From assembly GCA_035325705.1 (NCBI GenBank), contig DAOKZI010000007.1:50189-114188 (forward strand): 64,000 bases of DNA, written 5' to 3'. Numbering within the stretch: position 1 is the stretch's first letter; the number at the start of each line of letters is the position of its first letter. The notes under the pieces are model-generated. The model searched no databases. It was not told where the DNA came from and worked only from the letters and a program-made list of their open reading frames with translations. Below are positions 28,128 to 36,743 of the stretch, in pieces. The position numbers and the translations under genes are program-made. The DNA comes from Gammaproteobacteria bacterium (lineage in GTDB: Bacteria; Pseudomonadota; Gammaproteobacteria; Ga0077536).

Positions 28128-28970
28128 ATGCGCATCGGCGTGCTCGTCCGCAACATGGGGCCGCAGTCCGCGCCCGAGGTCTTGCGTGCCTGCGCGCGGC
28201 GCGCGGAGGATGCGGACCTCGCCGATCTGTGGGTCGTCGATCACCTCGCGATCCCGCCGGACGAGGCGGAGGGCTCCAACGGCCGCTATCTCGATCCGCT
28301 CGCGACGCTCGCCCACCTCGCCGGCGTGACGACGCGCATCGGCCTCGGCGTCGCGGTGCTGATCGCGCCCTACCGTCCGCCGCTGCCGACCGCGAAGTGG
28401 GTGGCGACGGTGCAGGAGCTGAGCGGCGGGCGCTTGACGCTGGGGCTCGGCGTCGGCTGGATGGAGGCCGAGTTCCGCGCGCTCGGCGTCGATCGCCGCC
28501 GGCGCGGCCGCCTCACCGACGAGCTGCTCGCCTTCCTGCATGAGTGCTTCGCGCACGACGAGGTAACGGCGCACGGCCAGCGCTTCCTGTTCAGACCGCG
28601 CCCGCCGCGGCCGCCGTTCCTGCTTGGCGGCGCGGCGAAACACGCCTTCGATCGGATCGTCGCATGGGGCGACGGCTGGATGCCGATGACGATGAAGCCG
28701 GAGGACCTGCGCGACGACGTGGCCGAACTGCGCGCCCGCTTCGCCGCCGCGAACAAACCGGCGCCGACCGTGATCCCGCTGGGCGCACTGCCGCTGGACG
28801 ATGGCGCAGCGGCCCGCGAGCGCATCGCGCAGCTCGCGGCGCTAGGCGTCACCGGTCTCGTGCATGCGGCGCGCTACGAGGACGAGGCGGCGTTCGGGAA
28901 AATGGCGGAGCAATTGGCGCTGCTGCAAGCAGAGCGTCGTAGCCCGGGATTGGCCGTTCTGAGCTCGTAG
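28128..28970 (+). CDS. LLM-class (F420/flavin-dependent-like) oxidoreductase; its C-terminal codons and stop are supplied by repeat-derived sequence
   Basis: MRIGVLVRNMGPQ...DLWVVDHL... The last codons ...RRSPGLAVLSS-TAG run through a CGTCGTAGCCCGGGA REP fragment and the GTAGGTTGGGCT hairpin element. Confidence 0.8.
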   Translation: MRIGVLVRNMGPQSAPEVLRACARRAEDADLADLWVVDHLAIPPDEAEGSNGRYLDPLATLAHLAGVTTRIGLGVAVLIAPYRPPLPTAKWVATVQELSGGRLTLGLGVGWMEAEFRALGVDRRRRGRLTDELLAFLHECFAHDEVTAHGQRFLFRPRPPRPPFLLGGAAKHAFDRIVAWGDGWMPMTMKPEDLRDDVAELRARFAAANKPAPTVIPLGALPLDDGAAARERIAQLAALGVTGLVHAARYEDEAAFGKMAEQLALLQAERRSPGLAVLSS

Positions 28971-29004
28971 GTTGGGCTGACGAAGGAAGCCCAACGCGGG
29001 GCGC
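28966..29004. repeat. ~40-bp hairpin mini-element
   Basis: CGTAGGTTGGGCTGACGAAGGAAGCCCAACGCGGGGCGC with perfect stem GTTGGGCT/AGCCCAAC. A second copy lies at 62957. It is absent from the duplicated copy at 29341, so it is an insertion. Confidence 0.75.
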
Positions 29005-29011
29005 TCAGTTC

Positions 29012-29175
29012 TCGTAGCCCGGGTGCAGCGTAGCGTAACCCGGGATCGGGCATGCCCGAGGCGCAAAGGATTTCGGTCCTGCGCGGCGCGCACCGCGCCG
29101 AGTCTTCTCGAATGCATGAGAGGCGACGAGCGCCGGATCCCGGGTTACGCGCTGCGCGCTCCACCCGGGCTACGA
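29012..29175. repeat. Long REP/MITE variant (~160 bp)
   Basis: Same arms and 95-bp core as 17241-17400. Confidence 0.85.
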
Positions 29176-29180
29176 CACCG

Positions 29181-29341
29181 CCGCTGGACGATGGCGCAGC
29201 GGCCCGCGAGCGCACCGCGCAGCTCGCGGCGCTAGGCATCACCGGTCTCGTGCATGCGGCGCGCGACGAGGACGAGGCGGCGTTCGGGAAAATGGCGGAG
29301 CAGTTGGCCTGCTGCAAGCAGAGCGTCGTAACCCGGGATTG
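29181..29341. repeat. Duplicated copy (~95% identity) of the 3' 160 bp of the LLM gene at 28791-28950
   Basis: CCGCTGGACGATGGCGCAGCGGCCCGCGAGCGCA(T/C)CGCGCAGCTCGCGGCGCTAGGC... with a few substitutions and a 3-nt deletion; 390 bp downstream of the original. Confidence 0.85.
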
Positions 29342-29351
29342 GTCTCAGTTC

Positions 29352-29515
29352 TCGTAGCCCGGGTGCAGCGTAGCGGAACTCGGGATCGGGCATGCCCGAT
29401 ACGCAAAGGCTTTCGGTCCTGCGCGGCGCGCATTGCGCCGAGTCTTCTCGACTGCATGAGAGAACGGCGGGCGCCGATCCCGGGTTACGCGCTGCGCACT
29501 CCACCCGGGTTACGA
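29352..29515. repeat. Long REP/MITE variant (~160 bp)
   Basis: Near-identical to 29012-29175. Confidence 0.85.
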
Positions 29516-29555
29516 CACCCCCGTTCACGTTGGAAGCACACTCTGCAGCTCAGCC

Positions 29556-30134
29556 TCAGGGCACTGAGGTCGCCCGCGGCGCGGATGCGCGTCTGGACAT
29601 GCCTTTACCGCCGGCCGCGCCCATCAGCTCCTGCTTGCGCTGCGCGAGTTGCTCGCCGAGCGACTTCAGATCCATGTCGGACTGGCGCGCCTTGGTGAAC
29701 ATGCCGCCGCGCTTTTCCTCTTCCTTCACGTGGTGCTTGATCATCTCGGACAGGACTTTGACTTTCGCATCGTAGTAATCGTCTTCCGGCCCGGATTTCT
29801 CGATGTCGGCGATGAGCCGCTTGGCGCCTTCATGCTCCACTTCGGCTTCGTGATGGATGTCCCTTTCCCCGGTGGCCTCGAGGAAGGCGGGATAGAACAT
29901 CTCTTCCTCGATGCTCGTGTGAGTCTTCAAGGCCGCGCAGATCTTGGCGGCGAGCTCGGTCTTGCGCGCATCCGAGCGCGCCTTCTGGAATTGCTGGAAC
30001 CAATCCTCGACCTGGCGATGGTCGCTCTTCAGCAGCGCAATCGCGTCCTGTGCCGAACGCTTGCCGGCCGGGGATCGTTTGCGTGCCGCTTTGCCATTGC
30101 GCGCAGCCGGCTTCCTCGCCTTCGAATCGTTCAT
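29556..30134 (-). CDS. Hemerythrin HHE cation-binding domain protein
   Basis: H..xE, HH.E.E, HH.KEE spacing typical of the HHE domain. Lys/Arg-rich N-terminus. GC ~60%, below the window average. Confidence 0.65.
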   Translation of the reverse strand: MNDSKARKPAARNGKAARKRSPAGKRSAQDAIALLKSDHRQVEDWFQQFQKARSDARKTELAAKICAALKTHTSIEEEMFYPAFLEATGERDIHHEAEVEHEGAKRLIADIEKSGPEDDYYDAKVKVLSEMIKHHVKEEEKRGGMFTKARQSDMDLKSLGEQLAQRKQELMGAAGGKGMSRRASAPRATSVP

Positions 30135-30307
30135 GCCGTTTCTCCCTGAAACTTGATGCGGACCCTGCGCACGATCGGATAAGACCTTGATCGCCGATAT
30201 CGGCGCGCCGCGATAACGACGTAGGAAGAAAACGGGAGCGAGTCAGGCATCGCGGCGTGTGCGCATGCCGCCGCACGGCCGTTCGTGGCTCCGGTTGGAT
30301 GTAACCG

Positions 30308-30937
30308 TCAGCCGCATATCGAAGCGTGGACCTGAGGCTTGAAGCCGTGCCGATATAGCCGAACGATGGAGGCTGGAGTCAAAACGATCACCTCGTCGGA
30401 GGGCGACGGCGCGTGTGCGGCCGGTCCATATCCGTGCGGCGACCATCGGTGCAGGCCACCTCGCCAGATCAGGAGCGCGGCGCCGTCGATCTCGATGAAG
30501 GCGCCTTCGGGAACCTGGTCGAACTCCGTTCGAAACGTGATCTTGCCGCCGCCGCGCGCTGCGCGCTCGCGATGGAGCCGGCTGTCTATTTGAGAGATTG
30601 GAATAAATGCAGACCCGGCAGCCTCGAGATTCACGCTGCACCAGAGCGCCTTGAATTCGTTATATCGCGCTCTGCGACATTCCGCACAGGGGCGGTGACC
30701 TGCCGACAGGGCCGTGGCTTCATCAAGGAAGAAGAGCTCCGAGTAACGCCCGGCACTGAACACTTCGCGTTTTCTATCCTTGAATTTCAGTTCGCAGACA
30801 ATCCAGGACTTGTGGCGCCAGGGCGCGACTATTCGCTTGTGCTCGTCGTGGAGGATGCCGCGATTTCCCAGCCAAGCGCCGCGCGCGGCCACGGCATTCA
30901 GCCTGCCCCATGGGTCGACGCGATTTTGCAGGGTCAT
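30308..30937 (-). CDS. Hypothetical protein (209 aa) in a low-GC islet
   Basis: Protein-like composition (ILHDEHKRIV...YSELFFLDEATALSAGHRPCAECRRARYNEF). The opposite-strand ORF 30413-30955 is Ala/Arg-rich and is rejected. No family recognised. Confidence 0.4.
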   Translation of the reverse strand: MTLQNRVDPWGRLNAVAARGAWLGNRGILHDEHKRIVAPWRHKSWIVCELKFKDRKREVFSAGRYSELFFLDEATALSAGHRPCAECRRARYNEFKALWCSVNLEAAGSAFIPISQIDSRLHRERAARGGGKITFRTEFDQVPEGAFIEIDGAALLIWRGGLHRWSPHGYGPAAHAPSPSDEVIVLTPASIVRLYRHGFKPQVHASICG

Positions 30938-31016
30938 GAATGCTCGGCAGCTTGAAAATTTGGCACGGACTTATTTTCGATTCGCCAGCCCGCCCGAACG
31001 CCTGACGCGCCGGCGA

Positions 31017-31052
31017 GTCCCGGGTTCCGCTTGCGCTGCACCCGGGCTACGA
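31017..31052. repeat. REP-like half element
   Basis: GTCCCGGGTTCCGCTTGCGCTGCACCCGGGCTACGAAG. Confidence 0.7.
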
Positions 31053-31072
31053 AGATTACGAAGAGCGATGAT

Positions 31073-32284
31073 TCAGACGATCCCCGCTTCTCGCAATCGC
31101 ACCAGCTCTCCTTCATCCAGGCCCAAGGTCCCGAAGACTTCCGCATTGTCCGCGCCCAGCGGCCGCGCGCCGTGGCGCACGCGGGTCGGCGTGCGCGAGA
31201 ACTTCGCGGCCGGGCCGGTGATCGGAATCTCGTGGCCGTTGCTGAGCACGGTCGGCTGCAGCATGTCGCGAGCGTGCACCTGCGGCTCGCGCGCGGCTTC
31301 GGCGTAGGTGTTGACGCGCGTGACGGCGAGGCCGGCTTCGGTCCAGCTCGCGACGACTTCGGCCGTCGTGCGCGTCGCGCACCAGTCGGCGACGAGGCGA
31401 TCGAATTCCTCGCGACGCTGCAGGCGCTCCGGACCTTTGGCCTCGCCGACTTCGGGATGGCCGACGATGCGCGCGAGCTGGCGCCAGTGGGAATCGAGCA
31501 GCACGCCGCCGTAGACGTAGCCGTCCGTGCATTGGTAACGATTCACCGGCGCGGCGAGGCTGAACTCGTTGCCCCAGCGCGTGAGCGGCAGGTCCAGCGC
31601 GCCGAAGCTCAGATTGCCGTTGCTCTGGAACAGCAGCCCGTCGAGTAGCGCGACGTCGACGTGCTGGCCTTCACCGGTGCGCGCGCGATGCATCAGCGCG
31701 GCGAGCGCGCCCAGCGCGCCGTGCAGGCCGCCGAGATCGTCGCCGAGGAAGGTCGGCGCCTTGGTCGGACCGCCGTCGGGCTCGCCGTTCAGCGAGGACC
31801 AGCCGCTGAAGTTCTGCGCGATCGGATCGTAGCCCGGCCGCGGCGACAGCGGGCCGAACTGGCCGAAGCCGCTGATCGAGACGTAGACGATGTCGGGCTT
31901 CACGCGCGCGCAGTCGCGGTAGCCGATGCCCCATTCGGCGAGCGTGCCCGGCTTGAAGTTCTCGATCACGACGTCCGCCGTGCGGCACAGCGCGAGGAAC
32001 AGATCGCGGCCCTCGGGGCGGCGCAGATCGAGCGACACGCTCTTCTTGTTGCGATTCACCGTCTCGTTGAAGATCGACAGCGCCGTGTCCGGCACGAAAG
32101 GCGGCACGCGCCGCGCGATCTCGCCTTCCGGGTGCTCGATCTTGATGACGGTCGCGCCGAAGTCCGCGAGCACGCAGCCCGCCATCGGCCCGGCCCAGGT
32201 CGTCGTCGCCTCGAGCACGACGGTGCCGGCGAGCGGCCCGGGCAGATCGCGGCGGGCGTCGGCGTAGAACTCCGCGCGCTCCAT
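31073..32284 (-). CDS. Family III CoA-transferase (CaiB/BaiF)
   Basis: 403 aa with typical N-terminal ...VLE...GP..G..LAD.GA.VIKIE... pattern. Confidence 0.85.
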   Translation of the reverse strand: MERAEFYADARRDLPGPLAGTVVLEATTTWAGPMAGCVLADFGATVIKIEHPEGEIARRVPPFVPDTALSIFNETVNRNKKSVSLDLRRPEGRDLFLALCRTADVVIENFKPGTLAEWGIGYRDCARVKPDIVYVSISGFGQFGPLSPRPGYDPIAQNFSGWSSLNGEPDGGPTKAPTFLGDDLGGLHGALGALAALMHRARTGEGQHVDVALLDGLLFQSNGNLSFGALDLPLTRWGNEFSLAAPVNRYQCTDGYVYGGVLLDSHWRQLARIVGHPEVGEAKGPERLQRREEFDRLVADWCATRTTAEVVASWTEAGLAVTRVNTYAEAAREPQVHARDMLQPTVLSNGHEIPITGPAAKFSRTPTRVRHGARPLGADNAEVFGTLGLDEGELVRLREAGIV

Positions 32285-32291
32285 GCCGTGC

Positions 32292-32687
32292 TCAGGCGCG
32301 CTGCACGAATTCGACGGTGTTGCCGTCCGGATCGCGCACCATCGCGATGGTGACCCCCGGCATCAATTCCTGCTTCGGGATCTCGAAGGGCACGCCGGCC
32401 GCCTCGCAGGCCGCGCAGACTTCGTCGATGTTGGAGATCTGGAAGGTGAGATAGCGAAAGCCGAGCTGGCCCATCAGCCCGCTCGGGCCGGTCGCCGGCA
32501 CCGCTTTCGGATCGACCAGCTTCACGAAGCTGTCGCCGAAGCCGAGCCGGTGCATGTGACCGAAAGGCAGCGGCAGCTCGCCGATCTTCGTCAGGCCCAG
32601 CAGATCCTGGTAAAAGGCCAGGCTCTTCTTGATGTCGGCGACGACGATGCCGATGTCGATGCAGGTTTTCGCGGGTTTCATGCCCAT
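32292..32687 (-). CDS. VOC family protein (glyoxalase/bleomycin-resistance/dioxygenase fold)
   Basis: 131 aa, paired beta-alpha-beta-beta-beta modules, ...DPDGNTVEF. Confidence 0.75.
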   Translation of the reverse strand: MGMKPAKTCIDIGIVVADIKKSLAFYQDLLGLTKIGELPLPFGHMHRLGFGDSFVKLVDPKAVPATGPSGLMGQLGFRYLTFQISNIDEVCAACEAAGVPFEIPKQELMPGVTIAMVRDPDGNTVEFVQRA

Positions 32688-32711
32688 GGAGTGTCCTTCC
32701 GCTAGCGTGGC

Positions 32712-33578
32712 TCAGGGAGCGAGATGTGCGAGGAACCAGTCGCGGGCGGCGCCCGCGGCCGTGCCGAATGATGTCGTATACGGATCGTAATGGCCACCGG
32801 CGATCGTCACGAGCTTCTTCGGCTCGCCCGCGCGTTCGAAGGCGGCGAGCTGGCCGGCGTAGGGCGTCTGCGTGTCGTCGCTCGCGAGGATCATCATCAG
32901 CGGCGTCGGCGCGATGCGCGTGACGAACTGCCCGGGCTCGTAGCTCGCGATGAGCTCGAGGCTGCGCTGCGTGATTCGGTTCGGGTAGATCGCCTCGGCG
33001 CCGATCGCCACGACCCAGTCCCAGGTCTGATCGCCCGGCCGCGCGGGCTTCGTGATGCGCGGCACCTCGCCGCGATAGCGCGCGTCGCGATCGTCCGCGA
33101 AACGCTGCTGCATGAGCGCCCAGTTCGCCTCGCCGATCCAGCTTCGCAAGGTCGCATGGCCCTCGACCAGCGGCACCTGGGACACGACGCAGCACACGCG
33201 CCGGTCGAGGGCCGCGACGGCCAGCGCGTGGCCGCCGGCGTAGCTCGTGCCCCACAGGCCGATGCGCGCGGGATCGATGCCGGGCAGCGTGCGCGCGTAG
33301 CTCAACGCGTCGCGCATGTCGGCGACCTGCCGCCAAGGATCGATCTCGTGACGCGGCTCGCCGCCGCTCGCGCCGAAGCCGCGATGCTCGTAGACGAGGC
33401 AGGCGAGGCCCGCGGCCCGGAACAGCTCCGCGTAGTCGAGCAGCCCCATCGCCATCACGGCCGAGAAGCCGTGGCTGAGCACGACGAGCGGATGCGGGCC
33501 CGCGCCGTCCGGGCGCAGCAGGACGCCGGCCAGTTCGACGCCGTCGGCTTCGAAGCGAAGGTCTTCGCGCATGTGCAA
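32712..33578 (-). CDS. Alpha/beta hydrolase (dienelactone-hydrolase-like)
   Basis: GTSYAGG nucleophile elbow, Asp/His downstream. 288 aa. Confidence 0.8.
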   Translation of the reverse strand: MHMREDLRFEADGVELAGVLLRPDGAGPHPLVVLSHGFSAVMAMGLLDYAELFRAAGLACLVYEHRGFGASGGEPRHEIDPWRQVADMRDALSYARTLPGIDPARIGLWGTSYAGGHALAVAALDRRVCCVVSQVPLVEGHATLRSWIGEANWALMQQRFADDRDARYRGEVPRITKPARPGDQTWDWVVAIGAEAIYPNRITQRSLELIASYEPGQFVTRIAPTPLMMILASDDTQTPYAGQLAAFERAGEPKKLVTIAGGHYDPYTTSFGTAAGAARDWFLAHLAP

Positions 33579-33677
33579 TCCTCCCGTCGCAGGGCGGTAT
33601 ACTCCGGCCGCGGCGCGTCAAACAAGGCGCCGCGCCGACAGTTCTCTTCATCGATCCGGACCAACGACAGACCAACC

Positions 33678-34322
33678 ATGCAGCGCTACAAAGCCATCCT
33701 GTGGGATTTCGGCGGCGTCCTCACGAGCTCGCCCTTCGATGCCTTCGACCGTTACGAACGCGAGCACGGCCTGCCGCGCGGCTTCATCCGCGGCGTCAAC
33801 GCCCGCAACCATGAGACCAACGCATGGGCGCTGTTCGAATCCAACCAATGCACGATGGAGGACTTCGATCGCCTGTTCGAAGCCGAGGCCCGCGCTGCCG
33901 GCCACGCGCTGCCCGGCCGCATCGTGCTCGAGCTGCTCGGCGGCGACGTGCGGCCGCGCATGGTCGAGGTATTGAAACGCTGCAAGCAGGACTGGCAGTG
34001 CACCTGCCTCACCAACAACATGAACATGGGGACAGGGCCGGGCATGTGGCGCACGACGCAGCGCGCCGCCGACGTGGCCGAGGTGATGAAGCTCTTCGAT
34101 CTCGTCATCGAATCGAGCAAGGAAGGCGTGCGCAAGCCCGATCCGCGCATCTATGCGCTCGCCTGCGAGCGCATGGGCGTCGCGCCGGCCGAGGTCGTCT
34201 ATCTCGACGATCTCGGCATCAACCTCAGGCCCGCCAAGGCCCTGGGCATGACTACGATCAAGGTGACCAGCGAGGCGCAGGCGATCGCGGATCTGTCGCA
34301 GACGCTCGGGATCGCCTTGTAG
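33678..34322 (+). CDS. HAD-superfamily hydrolase (subfamily IA)
   Basis: ILWDFGGVL (DxG motif I), ...SN motif II, K...DD motif III/IV. The stop TAG lies inside the adjacent REP (TTGTAGCCCGGATGAGC). Confidence 0.8.
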   Translation: MQRYKAILWDFGGVLTSSPFDAFDRYEREHGLPRGFIRGVNARNHETNAWALFESNQCTMEDFDRLFEAEARAAGHALPGRIVLELLGGDVRPRMVEVLKRCKQDWQCTCLTNNMNMGTGPGMWRTTQRAADVAEVMKLFDLVIESSKEGVRKPDPRIYALACERMGVAPAEVVYLDDLGINLRPAKALGMTTIKVTSEAQAIADLSQTLGIAL

Positions 34323-34450
34323 CCCGGATGAGCGCAGCGAATCCGGGGGTCGAGCATTGCCGGACTCGAGAATGCACGATTCTTGCGACTGCGCGCCATT
34401 CGCTCGTCAGGCGCCGATCCCGGATTCGCTGCGCTCATCCGGGCTACGAA
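34317..34450. repeat. REP-like type-C element (two arms, ~70-bp loop)
   Basis: GTAGCCCGGATGAGCGCAGCGAATCCGGG ... GATCCCGGATTCGCTGCGCTCATCCGGGCTACGAAG. Confidence 0.85.
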
Positions 34451-34465
34451 GATCCTTGTCTTATA

Positions 34466-34505
34466 GCCCGGAAGGAGCGCCGCGCAGCGGCGCGGAATCC
34501 GGGAT
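34466..34505. repeat. REP-like type-B hairpin
   Basis: TAGCCCGGAAGGAGCGCCGCGCAGCGGCGCGGAATCCGGGATCGG. Confidence 0.8.
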
Positions 34506-34662
34506 CGGTCTGCCGAAGCGCTCACAACCAAGCTGCGAGCATTTCCTCCGTTCTCGCCCATAGCGCCTCGCCGAAGCGCGCCTTCGGCGAGCGCGTTGCT
34601 GAACAGCACGTTGCCGAGCCTCGAAGCGCCGTCGCGAGCCCGATGCCGTCCGTCGCGCCGGT

Positions 34663-34778
34663 AATCTAGCCACGGAGAGCACGGAGGACACGGAGAAAGA
34701 GATTGATTGGGCTACGCCGTCGCGGCGGCACCCGTCAGTCTTTTTTTTTTTTTCTCCGTGCCCTTCCGTGCTCTCCGT
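34663..34778. mobile_element. Inverted-repeat MITE (CACNGAGAACAC family) with an internal T15 homopolymer
   Basis: TIRs AATCTAGCCACGGAGAGCACGGAGGACACGGAG / CTCCGTGCCCTTCCGTGCTCTCCGTGGCTAGATT flank a ~40-bp core and a TTTTTTTTTTTTTTT tract. Confidence 0.8.
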
Positions 34779-34816
34779 GGCTAGATTCAAACGGCGCCCG
34801 AGCCGGCACCGTCCCC

Positions 34817-34847
34817 CGGATTCGCCGCGCTCATCCGGGCTACAAGA
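34817..34847. repeat. REP-like type-C half element
   Basis: CCCCGGATTCGCCGCGCTCATCCGGGCTACAAG. Confidence 0.65.
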
Positions 34848-34880
34848 AGAGGGGATGGGCGTAGAATCGGCGGCCTGCCC

Positions 34881-36707
34881 ATGAATCACGCTGCTTCGGA
34901 TCCCCCGCCGCCCGCGCTGCCCGATACGCCCTTCGCGTTCGTGCTGCATTTCATCCGCTACTACTGGCCCGCGGTCGTCGCGGTGGCGCTGCTGGAGGCC
35001 GGACAGTCGAGCTGCGGCATCCTGTTGTCCTATGCGATCAAGCGGATCATGGACGCGGTCGGCGGTGCGAGCGGGACCGCGGCGGAGATCTGGGCGCGGG
35101 TCGAGGGCCCGCTGTGGCTGTTCGGCCTGCTGAACCTCGGCGTCGTGCTCTGTTCGCGCGGCAGCGGCACGATCCTCGTGATGCTCGGTCCCGCGCTGCG
35201 GCGGCGCATCCGGCGCGATCTCTTCGGCTATCTCCAGTACCACTCTCAGCGCTATTTCCTCGGCAACTTCGCGGGCTCGCTCGCGAACCGCATCGCCGAG
35301 ACCTCGATGGGCACGGCGCAGGTGCTGTGGACGCTGATGTTCGACTTCTGGCCGCTGACGATCAGCTTCGTCGTCTCGCTGAGCCTGCTCGCCCAGGTCA
35401 ACACCACGCTCGCCGCCGTGCTCGGCGGCTGGATGACGCTGTACGTCTCGGTGTCTTTCCTGCTGTCGAAGCGCTGCCGGCGCTATGCGCGCGACTACGC
35501 GGCGGCGCGCAGCCTCGTCAGCGGCAAGATCGTCGACTCCGTCACCAACATCATGAATGCGAAGCTCTTCGCGCGGCGCGACTTCGAGCGCGAGTACCTC
35601 GAGCATTTCCTCGACTTCGAGGTCGGCCGCGCGCGGCGCGTGTTCTGGTTCATGGAGGCCATCCGCTGGTTCCAGTTCACGGCCGCGATGGGGCTGATGC
35701 TCGGCATCGTCGGCTACGCGATCGGGCTGTGGATCGACAAGCTCATGACGGTCGGCGAATTCGCGATGTCGGCGAGCCTGGCGCTCGTCATCATCGAACA
35801 GGCGCGGGGCTTGAGCCGCAAGTTCCTCGACTTCTTCGAATACCTCGGCAACGTCAACGACGGCGTCGGCATCATCGTGCGGCCGCACGAGGTGCGCGAC
35901 GCGCCCGCGGCCAGACCGCTCGTGGTCACGCGCGGCGAGATCCGCTTCGAGGACATCGGCTTCTCGTATACCGGCACGCGCCCGATCTTCGAGCACCTGA
36001 ATCTCGTCGTCCGTCCCGGCGAGAAGCTCGGGCTGGTCGGCTATTCGGGCAGCGGCAAGAGCACGCTGCTGAATCTGATCCTGCGCCTCTTCGACGTGCA
36101 GCACGGGCGCATCCTGATCGACGGCACCGACATCGCCGGCGTCACGCAGGAAAGCCTGCGGCGCGCGATCGCGATGATTCCGCAGGATCCGATGCTGTTC
36201 CACCGCAGCCTGCTCGAGAACATCCGCTACGGCCGCCTCGACGCGACGGACGAAGAAGTCCGCGCCGCCGCGCGCAAGGCCCACGCGGATGAATTCATCC
36301 GAGACACCGACGAAGGCTATGCCTCGCTGGTCGGCGAACGCGGCGTGAAGCTGTCCGGAGGCCAGCGCCAGCGCATCGCGCTCGCGCGCGCCATCCTCAA
36401 GGACGCACCGATCCTGCTGCTCGACGAGGCGACGAGCGCGCTAGACTCCGTCACCGAGCGTCAGATCCAGGACAGCCTGCGCGCCCTGATGGCGAACAAG
36501 ACGGTGCTCGTCATCGCGCATCGCCTGTCGACCCTGGCGCACCTCGATCGCATCGTCGTCTTCCACCACGGCCGCATCATCGAGGACGGCAGCCACCAGG
36601 CCCTGCTCGCCGCCGACGGCCACTACGCCCGCATGTGGGCGATGCAGGCCGGCGGCTTCCTGCCGGACGACGACACCGCCGCGCTGCTCGAGGAGGAGTC
36701 CGCTTGA
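34881..36707 (+). CDS. ABC transporter, fused permease/ATPase (type I exporter, MsbA-like)
   Basis: 6-TM N-terminal domain, then Walker A GYSGSGKST, signature LSGGQRQR, Walker B ILLLDEATSALD. 608 aa. Confidence 0.85.
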   Translation: MNHAASDPPPPALPDTPFAFVLHFIRYYWPAVVAVALLEAGQSSCGILLSYAIKRIMDAVGGASGTAAEIWARVEGPLWLFGLLNLGVVLCSRGSGTILVMLGPALRRRIRRDLFGYLQYHSQRYFLGNFAGSLANRIAETSMGTAQVLWTLMFDFWPLTISFVVSLSLLAQVNTTLAAVLGGWMTLYVSVSFLLSKRCRRYARDYAAARSLVSGKIVDSVTNIMNAKLFARRDFEREYLEHFLDFEVGRARRVFWFMEAIRWFQFTAAMGLMLGIVGYAIGLWIDKLMTVGEFAMSASLALVIIEQARGLSRKFLDFFEYLGNVNDGVGIIVRPHEVRDAPAARPLVVTRGEIRFEDIGFSYTGTRPIFEHLNLVVRPGEKLGLVGYSGSGKSTLLNLILRLFDVQHGRILIDGTDIAGVTQESLRRAIAMIPQDPMLFHRSLLENIRYGRLDATDEEVRAAARKAHADEFIRDTDEGYASLVGERGVKLSGGQRQRIALARAILKDAPILLLDEATSALDSVTERQIQDSLRALMANKTVLVIAHRLSTLAHLDRIVVFHHGRIIEDGSHQALLAADGHYARMWAMQAGGFLPDDDTAALLEEESA

Positions 36708-36743
36708 GGAAGCTCTGTCCATCGGCGTCTCCCTGCCTCGAGC

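Noticed and set aside
30413-30955. 180-aa plus-strand ORF opposite the 209-aa hypothetical
   Set aside because: Less protein-like than the minus-strand frame, but this call is itself only moderate confidence.
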